Shown here one piece after another: positions 25,595 to 32,000 of a DNA stretch of 32,000 bases (the first letter of the stretch is position 1; each line of letters begins with the position of its first letter). The notes under the pieces were generated by a model that did no database searches, was not told the origin of the DNA, and saw only the letters and a program-made list of their open reading frames with translations. A program made the position numbers and the translations under genes. Source of the stretch: an uncultured archaeon (GTDB lineage Archaea > Iainarchaeota > Iainarchaeia > Iainarchaeales > Iainarchaeaceae); contig CAZNZM010000003.1 of NCBI GenBank assembly GCA_964577555.1, positions 35,837-67,836 on the forward strand, in the 5' to 3' direction.

Positions 25595-26248
25595 TTGCTA
25601 TTTTTAGGTGGTTTTGTGTTAAGTGGAATAAGGAAAAGTTTGAAGCCTTTTGTGGAATTTGTGGCTTCGCCTTTTGCAAAGCTGGGTATTGACCCTAATA
25701 TTTTGAGTTTTGTTGCTGTTCCGCTGGCTTTTATTTCGGGTTATTTTATAGCTTCTGGTGTTTTTTTTCTTGCTTTTATTTTTGCTGTTTTGTCTGTTTC
25801 AATTGATTTGTTTGATGGTGCGGTTGCAAGGCTTCAAAATAGGCAGTCGCTTTTTGGCAATTATATTGAAACGATTATTGACAAGGTTGTTGAGATAGTT
25901 TTGTTTATTTCTTGTTCTTTTGTTCATCCTTTTGCAGCCGCTTCTGCTTTGGGTTTTTCGATGTTGGTTAGTTATGCTAAGCCGCGTGTTGCTTTGGTTA
26001 TCATAACCGATAATCGTGATTGGCCCGGCGTAGGCGAGCATTCTGAACGAATGATTCTTTTGGTTTCTGGTTTGTTGCTTTCTTCTTTCGGGATAAATTT
26101 TTCTGGTGTTTCGGCTCTTGAGCTTTTCTTGTGGGCTATTGCTATTGTTTCTTTTGTAGGTTTTATTACTCGCATATTTTTTGCTAAAACTTTGATTGAA
26201 AAAGCTGAAAAAAACGGGGATATTTTGCCTTATTTGAAAAAAAAGTGA
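25595..26248 (+). CDS. CDP-alcohol phosphatidyltransferase family protein
   Basis: GIDPNILSFVAVPLAFISGYF and DLFDGAVARLQNRQSLFGNYIETIIDKVVE, matching DxxDGxxARx8Gx3(D/E)x3D. Exact start uncertain. Confidence 0.85.
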   Translation: MLFLGGFVLSGIRKSLKPFVEFVASPFAKLGIDPNILSFVAVPLAFISGYFIASGVFFLAFIFAVLSVSIDLFDGAVARLQNRQSLFGNYIETIIDKVVEIVLFISCSFVHPFAAASALGFSMLVSYAKPRVALVIITDNRDWPGVGEHSERMILLVSGLLLSSFGINFSGVSALELFLWAIAIVSFVGFITRIFFAKTLIEKAEKNGDILPYLKKK

Positions 26249-26267
26249 ATTGTGTTGTATGTTTTTT

Positions 26268-27422
26268 TTATCTGAACATTGTTGCTATTATTGGGAATGC
26301 AATTAGTACTCCTATTGTGGCTCCGAGGTTGGAAAGAGCCATTATTAGGAGAATTTTTGTGACTTGGTTTTTTGTAAAATCTTCTAGGGTGTCAAGTTTT
26401 CTCAGGTTTTCAAAGTCTTTTACTTTTGGGTTTCGCAATTTGGTTTCTACGTATGCTGTGACAAAGCCAACTGCTAATAATGGGTGGAGTGTGGTAAAAG
26501 GTGCGCTGAGAAATGCCGAGAGTATTGTAATTGGGTGTGCTCTAGCGATTAATGCTCCAAGTGCCGAGAGTGATCCTGTTGTAATTACCCAATAGAAACC
26601 CGCTTTTAGCATCGAGTCAGGTCCTTTGTTTATGATTAGCAATGCGAGCATTGTGAAAAAAATTAATGGTATGGCATAGCTTGTTATTCTCAACCAATTA
26701 ATGTTTGGTTTTACTGAATTGATTTCTTGGGTGTTTGTTTCTTTTCCCAAGTATTTTTTTATTCCTTCAACATGTCCTGCGCCTACTATTGCAACTATTT
26801 TTCTTCTAGGGGTGTCCATTATTTTTTGTGCTATGAATGCATCCCTTTCGTCAACTAGTACTTTTTTTATTGATGGCATTTCTTTTCCAAGTTCGTCAAT
26901 TAGTTGTGTTAACATGTCTTTTTCTTTCATTTTTTCTACAAGTTCAGCGTTGATTGTGGTTTTTTCTCGTGAAAATATGTTCGTAATTATTGAGTAGCCT
27001 AATTTCAATTTTTCAATTATCGTCATTTTTTGTATTGCTCTTTTCATGGTGATGTTGATATTTCTGTCAAGCAATGATATTGGAATTTTTTTTTCATTTG
27101 CTATTTTTATGGCTTCCATCATTTCTTGTCCTGGTTTTATTCCAATGTTTTGTCCGAGCCTTCTTTGCAGGTTTGTCAGCAAAATTGTTATAAGGAACAG
27201 GTAGGCATTGCCTTTTGTTATTATTTCCCCAATGCTTGTTTCGCTCCATTGATTTTGGTTTAAAAGTTGTTGAAGTCTGTTTTCATCCAATTCAACCCCT
27301 ATTGAATCTGGATTTTCCAAGTCTATTATGGTTCTGACTTCTTCAATGCTTTTTTGTGATATGTGGGCAGTGCCTATTATTGTTATTTCCTTTCCTTTGA
27401 TAAATAATTTTTCTGCGCTCAT
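26268..27422 (-). CDS. TraB family (pheromone-shutdown-like) membrane protein
   Basis: EITIIGTAHISQKSIEEVRTIIDLENPDSIGVELDENRLQQLL, IVAIVGAGHVEGIKKYL; C-terminal TM helices. Confidence 0.9.
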   Translation of the reverse strand: MSAEKLFIKGKEITIIGTAHISQKSIEEVRTIIDLENPDSIGVELDENRLQQLLNQNQWSETSIGEIITKGNAYLFLITILLTNLQRRLGQNIGIKPGQEMMEAIKIANEKKIPISLLDRNINITMKRAIQKMTIIEKLKLGYSIITNIFSREKTTINAELVEKMKEKDMLTQLIDELGKEMPSIKKVLVDERDAFIAQKIMDTPRRKIVAIVGAGHVEGIKKYLGKETNTQEINSVKPNINWLRITSYAIPLIFFTMLALLIINKGPDSMLKAGFYWVITTGSLSALGALIARAHPITILSAFLSAPFTTLHPLLAVGFVTAYVETKLRNPKVKDFENLRKLDTLEDFTKNQVTKILLIMALSNLGATIGVLIAFPIIATMFR

Positions 27423-27436
27423 TTTGATCAGAGTGT

Positions 27437-28141
27437 TTAATTAAGACCATGTTTTTTTTGGCGTTCTAAAATGTTTTTTTTAATCGCGTTTTTAAATTGC
27501 GATCCTACTAATTGTTTGCTTAAATCGTCAAAAACAGTTTTTTCAAGTTCTTGAATGTTTTGTTTTGGTAATTGGCCGTAAATAATTTTTTCAAAATCTG
27601 AGGTTGTTAGGGAAATATAATTTATTCCGTTTGGCTTGGTGTTTGTTGGTTCTCCTCTATTGGTTAGCAATTCTTTTACTAGTGCGAAATCTATTCCTGA
27701 AAAGCGAGCAGTGTAAAATCCGTCAAATAAAATATCGTTTCCTATAAGGATTGAATCTTGTTTTTTTATTTCGCCTTTTTTAATAAGCAGAAGCAAGACG
27801 TGTTGTTTTAGGTAGTGATCTACAAATTCTGGGTTTTTTTCAAGATTTTGTACGTGTCTAGTTTTGTCTTCTTCAGATTTTGAATTGATGTAGTCGTCGT
27901 TGGCGTAAAATATAGAATTGTCGTCAAAGTATTTTTTCAAGCCAAGCGAGTCTATTTTTTGTTTTGCTTTTTCTTTTGACAACCCTGTAATAAGATAAAT
28001 TTTGATTTTGTTTTTGTTTGAAAATTCAGACAGGAAATCCAGAACTTCAATTGCTCTTTTTGATTGGGTGTTGTTGGGAAGCAGTACGTTTTCAAATGAA
28101 AAGAATATGTTTTTTTTTGTGATTTCTTTTTCTTTGTTCAT
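27437..28141 (-). CDS. HAD-like protein lacking the canonical nucleophile motif
   Basis: NIFFSFENVLLPN (expected hhFDxDxhL), IYLITGLSKEKAKQKIDSLGLKKYFDD, SILIGNDILFDGFYTARFSGIDFAL. Confidence 0.65.
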   Translation of the reverse strand: MNKEKEITKKNIFFSFENVLLPNNTQSKRAIEVLDFLSEFSNKNKIKIYLITGLSKEKAKQKIDSLGLKKYFDDNSIFYANDDYINSKSEEDKTRHVQNLEKNPEFVDHYLKQHVLLLLIKKGEIKKQDSILIGNDILFDGFYTARFSGIDFALVKELLTNRGEPTNTKPNGINYISLTTSDFEKIIYGQLPKQNIQELEKTVFDDLSKQLVGSQFKNAIKKNILERQKKHGLN

Positions 28142-28201
28142 TCATGGCAAAATTTGTTCAAAAAGTGTTAAAAATAGAACTCAATTTTCCAGAATAAAAA
28201 C

Positions 28202-28210
28202 TTATAAAAA
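28202..28210 (+). promoter_or_regulatory. Candidate TATA box for prs (likely leaderless)
   Basis: TTATAAAAA centred 26 nt upstream of ATG 28232; no SD in the intervening sequence. Confidence 0.55.
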
Positions 28211-28231
28211 AACTTGTGCGCCAATATTTTC

Positions 28232-29182
28232 ATGTCTAATATTTCTGAAGATCTTGCTGTTTTTGCAGGTTCAAGCAATCCAAAGCTGGGCGAGGAAATC
28301 TCAAGGAATTTGAAAATTCCTTTGGGGAAAATTGAATTGAAACGTTTTGCTGATGGCGAAATGTATGTTAATTATCTTGAGACGATAAGAGGCAAGGATG
28401 TTTATATTGTGCAAAGTACCGGGCCGCCTGCGAATGATAATATAATGGAGCTTTTGATAATGATTGATGCCGCGTCTCGTGCTGCTGCTGAAAGAATAAC
28501 TTGTGTCATTCCTTATTATGGTTATGGCAAGCAGGATAGAAAGGCAGCTGACAGGGAGCCGATAACTGCAAAGCTGGTGGCTAAGTTGCTTCAGGCGGCT
28601 GGGGCCGATGCAGTTGTTATAATGGATTTGCATGCTGATCAAATCCAAGGTTTTTTTGATATCAGAGCTGATTTTCTTTATGCTGCAAACATTCTTTTGG
28701 GTTATATAAAGAAAAAAAATTTGAAGTCTCCGATTATTGTGGCTCCTGATGTTGGCGGGACGAAAAGAGCTAGGGCTTATGCAAAATTGTTTGGAGCTGA
28801 ATTGGCAATAATAGACAAGAGAAGGCCGAAGCCGAATGAAAGCGAAGTAATGAATTTGATAGGTGATGTTAGAGGAAAAACTTGCATTTTGGTTGATGAT
28901 GAAATAAATACTGGCGGCACTCTTGTTAATGCTGCTGAAGCGCTAGCCAAAAACGGCGCAAGCGAGGTTTATGCTTTGGCTTCTCATGGTGTTTTTGCTG
29001 GCAATGCAATTCAGTTAATTGAAAAAAGCTGTATAAAAGAGGTAATAGTTACAAATAGCCTTCCGCAAAAAAATTTGATTCAAAAAATAAAAGTTGTTTC
29101 TGTGGCTCCTCTGCTTGCGCAAACCATAAAATCAATGCATTATAAAGGCTCCATATCCAAAATAATGAAAAAAATAAAGTAA
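28232..29182 (+). CDS. prs: Ribose-phosphate pyrophosphokinase
   Basis: AVFAGSSNPKLGEEISRNL, LKRFADGEMYVN, VIPYYGYGKQDRK, VVIMDLHADQIQGFF, VAPDVGGTKRARAYA, CILVDDEINTGGTLVNAAEAL. Confidence 0.96.
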   Translation: MSNISEDLAVFAGSSNPKLGEEISRNLKIPLGKIELKRFADGEMYVNYLETIRGKDVYIVQSTGPPANDNIMELLIMIDAASRAAAERITCVIPYYGYGKQDRKAADREPITAKLVAKLLQAAGADAVVIMDLHADQIQGFFDIRADFLYAANILLGYIKKKNLKSPIIVAPDVGGTKRARAYAKLFGAELAIIDKRRPKPNESEVMNLIGDVRGKTCILVDDEINTGGTLVNAAEALAKNGASEVYALASHGVFAGNAIQLIEKSCIKEVIVTNSLPQKNLIQKIKVVSVAPLLAQTIKSMHYKGSISKIMKKIK

Positions 29183-29202
29183 TAATAATTATGCAAAGAT
29201 TA

Positions 29203-29223
29203 TGCAAAAAGCAATTTTTTGCA
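29203..29223. other. 8-bp inverted repeat (hairpin) downstream of prs
   Basis: TGCAAAAA-GCAAT-TTTTTGCA; sits between prs and the ATPase-associated genes. Confidence 0.5.
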
Positions 29224-29258
29224 AATAGCTTTTTATAGATTACTTATATCCAATCTAA

Positions 29259-29594
29259 TTGTACAAAATAACTGAACTTGATTTGGGTTGGATTAAAGTG
29301 AAGAAAAAAATTGGGCTGAAAGGCTCTTTCAATGGCAGTGTTTGTAACAAGGCGAATGTCAACAAGTCGCTCAAAATTTTTTCGTATGGCTTGGTTGTGT
29401 TGAAAACAATTCCTTTTTTGCTTGGAGTTTTGTTCGTGCTTTCGCTTGCCATTAGATTCAGGCAAATAAATAATGAAACTGCTATGTTCTATATGCTTGT
29501 TGTTTTGATTTTGTCTTATTTTTTTATACACAAGTCTGCGCAAAGATTGTATGATGCTATAAAACAAAAAGATGGTGTTGCAAATGGAAGATAA
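29259..29594 (+). CDS. Small membrane protein of unknown function upstream of ATPase genes
   Basis: 111-aa ORF with two hydrophobic segments (IFSYGLVVLKTIPFLLGVLFVLSLAI; TAMFYMLVVLILSYFFI). Its 3' end nearly abuts the start of the next gene. Start uncertain. Confidence 0.5.
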   Translation: MYKITELDLGWIKVKKKIGLKGSFNGSVCNKANVNKSLKIFSYGLVVLKTIPFLLGVLFVLSLAIRFRQINNETAMFYMLVVLILSYFFIHKSAQRLYDAIKQKDGVANGR

Positions 29595-29901
29595 GGAGTT
29601 TCAAGAAAAGATTGCTGAAATAAAGTCTGCAGAATTGGAAAAAGCCAGGATAGTTGAGGTTGCAAGAAAAAAGGCTGAAGAGATTTTGGCAAAGGCAAAT
29701 GAAGAAGCAAAAAATATTGAAGCTAAAGCGATTGAGGAGTCAAAAGCCAAGGTTGAACAGGAACTTGCGGAAATTAATAAGCGAATAAGCGAGGAAGAAG
29801 CAAAAATAATTGCAAAAGCCCATAAGGAAGTTGAAAGAATAAATTCAATAAAGGTGAGTGAAAGTCTTGTTAAAAAAGCAATAAGAATTATGTTAGAGTG
29901 A
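29587..29901 (+). CDS. V/A-type ATP synthase peripheral-stalk subunit H-like
   Basis: MEDKEFQEKIAEIKSAELEKARIVEVARKKAEEILAKANEEAKNIEAKAIEESKAKVEQELAEI: charged helix/coiled coil directly upstream of subunit I. Confidence 0.75.
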   Translation, partial: EDKEFQEKIAEIKSAELEKARIVEVARKKAEEILAKANEEAKNIEAKAIEESKAKVEQELAEINKRISEEEAKIIAKAHKEVERINSIKVSESLVKKAIRIMLE

Positions 29902-29908
29902 TAGTAAT

Positions 29909-31834
29909 ATGTTTTGGCCTGTTAGAATGTGCAAAGCAAGGATTTATGCGTTGAAAAGCGATTTGCAGAAAGTGACGAATGTGTTGTATGATTATGGTGT
30001 TATTGAGCTAAAACAATTCAATGTAAAGCATTCTTCGTTGTTTACGTTTATGGGGCAGGAACACAAAATGAATGATTCAAATAATTCTGAAAGGCTCATG
30101 AGGCTTGAATCAATTTTGAAAAAATTTGGAAATTGCGGAGTTGTAAAGAAGATTTCAGTTTTGGAAGCCAAGTCTCTTCTTAAATCACAGGAGATGAAAA
30201 AATTGGAGTTGGAAATAGTCCGATTGAGCAGTGAAATTGAAAATGCGGTTGCAAGGATAGATTTGTTGAAAGAGGATATTAACAGGTTGAGGTTTTTTTC
30301 TAAATTTGACATTGATTTTTCTTTGGCGCAGCTTGAAAGTGCTGAACTTGTTGTAGGAATTGTAAGAAGGCAGAATTCCTATTCGGTTGAAAAAATTTTT
30401 AAGTCTGATAATGTATTGCATAGTATTGTAAAGCCGCAATCTCAAAATTCGAGTATGTGTGTTGCACTTGTTAGGAAAGGTGATGAAAAGATCATAGATG
30501 ATTTAGTCAAGGCTGGTTTTGAAAGGTTGCCTATTCCAGCGATTAAGGGCAAACCTGTTGATGAATTGGCAAAAACTGAAAAGCTTTTGGCAAAGGCGGA
30601 AAAAGACAAGGAAAATCTTGAGTCGAGGGTGCAAAAGCTGGTTGGGGAAAATTTTTCCAAATTGGCTGGGATGAAAGAGCTTCTTGAAATAGAGCAGTAT
30701 AAAAAAGAAGCTTCTTTGAAATTCGGTTCTACGGAAGATACTATTATTGTTGAGGGCTATTTGCCTGAAAAAAATTTTCATTTGTTGGAGAAGTCTATTG
30801 TTTCAAAGTTTGGTCAAAGAGCGTATGTTGAAAAAATTTCTTCGGAAGAACTTGAAAGGAATCATGAACAGGCACCCACGCTTCTTAATAATAACAGGGT
30901 TTTCAAGCCTTTCCAGTTTATTGTTAATTATATGTCAACTCCAAAAAGTAACGAAATTGATACTACCGTTATTTTTGCTTTTGTGTTTATGCTTTTTTAT
31001 GGAATGATTGTTGGCGATGTTATTTACGGTTTAGTTTCTTTTTTCATTGCAAGATGGGTTTATCGCAAGTCAAGCAAGGACAGCATATTGAAACCTGTTT
31101 CATTGCTTTGGATGTATGGTGCTGTTCCTACTATAATTGCTGGAATAATATTTGATGAGTATGCTGGTTTGCCACACAGGGAATTGTTTTCTTTGTTAGG
31201 TTTTGGCCATGTTGAACTTTACACTGGTTTTGAAAGAATGCACAATACTCAGTTGATTCTTGCAATATCTTTGTTGATAGGCATAATTACTATGGCTTTT
31301 GCTTTCCTTTTGGGTTTTATAAATGCTGTTAGGCATCATGATAAAAAGCATGCTTCTGCAAAGTTGGCTTGGTTTGGAATAGTGATTACTGGAACAGTAC
31401 TTGTGGCAACGTCCATGTTTAAGGCTTTTCCGGACATTTTTATGATTCCTTCAGCAATTTTGTTTGCAATATCAACGATAATTATGATAAAAGTAGAAGG
31501 CCCTATTGGTTTGATTGAAATTCCAAGTGTTGCGGGAAATATTCTTTCTTTTGCAAGGTTGATTGCAGTGGGTTTGGTTGGAACTGTAATAGCTTTTATA
31601 TTGAATGAGATGGCAATGCCTTCTCCGGACAAGGGTTTGATGTTGATTGTGTTTTTGCCTATTTTCATTTTAGGGCATTTGTTTAATGCTTTTTTGGCTA
31701 TGTTTGAAGCCTTGATTCAAGGTGCGAGGCTCAACTTTGTTGAGTTTTATTCAAAGTTTTTTGAAGGCGGCGGAAAGGAATTTCAGCCGTTTAAATTGGA
31801 AAATAAGTATTTGAAATCCATGGAGGTGGATTGA
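29909..31834 (+). CDS. V/A-type ATP synthase subunit I (a-like)
   Basis: N-terminal CKARIYALKSDLQKVTNVLYDYGVIELKQ; C-terminal TM domain with FYGMIVGDVIYGLV, LSFARLIAVGLVGTVIAFILNEM, FNAFLAMFEALIQGARLNFVEFYSKFFEGGGKEFQPF. Confidence 0.93.
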   Translation: MFWPVRMCKARIYALKSDLQKVTNVLYDYGVIELKQFNVKHSSLFTFMGQEHKMNDSNNSERLMRLESILKKFGNCGVVKKISVLEAKSLLKSQEMKKLELEIVRLSSEIENAVARIDLLKEDINRLRFFSKFDIDFSLAQLESAELVVGIVRRQNSYSVEKIFKSDNVLHSIVKPQSQNSSMCVALVRKGDEKIIDDLVKAGFERLPIPAIKGKPVDELAKTEKLLAKAEKDKENLESRVQKLVGENFSKLAGMKELLEIEQYKKEASLKFGSTEDTIIVEGYLPEKNFHLLEKSIVSKFGQRAYVEKISSEELERNHEQAPTLLNNNRVFKPFQFIVNYMSTPKSNEIDTTVIFAFVFMLFYGMIVGDVIYGLVSFFIARWVYRKSSKDSILKPVSLLWMYGAVPTIIAGIIFDEYAGLPHRELFSLLGFGHVELYTGFERMHNTQLILAISLLIGIITMAFAFLLGFINAVRHHDKKHASAKLAWFGIVITGTVLVATSMFKAFPDIFMIPSAILFAISTIIMIKVEGPIGLIEIPSVAGNILSFARLIAVGLVGTVIAFILNEMAMPSPDKGLMLIVFLPIFILGHLFNAFLAMFEALIQGARLNFVEFYSKFFEGGGKEFQPFKLENKYLKSMEVD

Positions 31835-31836
31835 TA

Positions 31837-32000
31837 ATGGCAGCAATAGAATTAGGTGCAGGAGCAGCGATTGGAGCTGGAATAGCAATATTGGGAGGCG
31901 CAATTGGCACCGGTTGGGCTCAGGCTGCAATAGGCTCGAGCGCAATGGGAGTCATAGCTGAAAAGCCGGATCAGGCATCAAAGCTTTTGGTTTGGATTGC
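31837..32000 (+). CDS. V/A-type ATP synthase proteolipid subunit K (c), 3' end outside window
   Basis: MAAIELGAGAAIGAGIAILGGAIGTGWAQAAIGSSAMGVIAEKPDQASKLLVWI...; Gly/Ala-rich proteolipid helix. Confidence 0.9.
   Translation, partial: MAAIELGAGAAIGAGIAILGGAIGTGWAQAAIGSSAMGVIAEKPDQASKLLVWI

Noticed and set aside
26245-26595. 116-aa plus-strand ORF
   Set aside because: Antisense to the TraB-like gene, with no motif.

Overview
Archaeal chromosomal window, probably from a DPANN-like or other small-genome lineage (inference). Supporting evidence: archaeal histone, NucS, archaeal tRNA-splicing endonuclease, archaeal-type TrpRS, a V/A-type ATPase operon and a tRNA-Pro with a BHB-type intron. Housekeeping genes dominate: aminotransferase, M24 peptidase, endA, trpS, peroxiredoxin, nucS, nadA, nadB, YjbQ, enolase, pyrG, a SufS-type desulfurase, a 2-hydroxyacid dehydrogenase, CDP-alcohol phosphotransferase, TraB-like, prs and ATPase subunits H/I/K. 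I see no CRISPR array, rRNA, transposase or recognisable defence island. Items most worth a second look: (1) a dispersed family of T-tract intergenic arrays with a recurring GCGAGCCR core, all in one orientation, inside a strongly T-over-A skewed window; (2) a cluster of short Cys-rich/zinc-binding microproteins absent from the ORF track (20.8-22.1 kb) beside a CPBP protease and a cysteine desulfurase; (3) a 592-aa HprK/PEPCK-like P-loop protein; (4) a histone that ends before helix alpha-3; (5) a DsbA-like protein whose Cys pair is shifted; (6) a tRNA-Pro(CGG) with a 36-nt intron. All family calls come from reading motifs; no database search was run.
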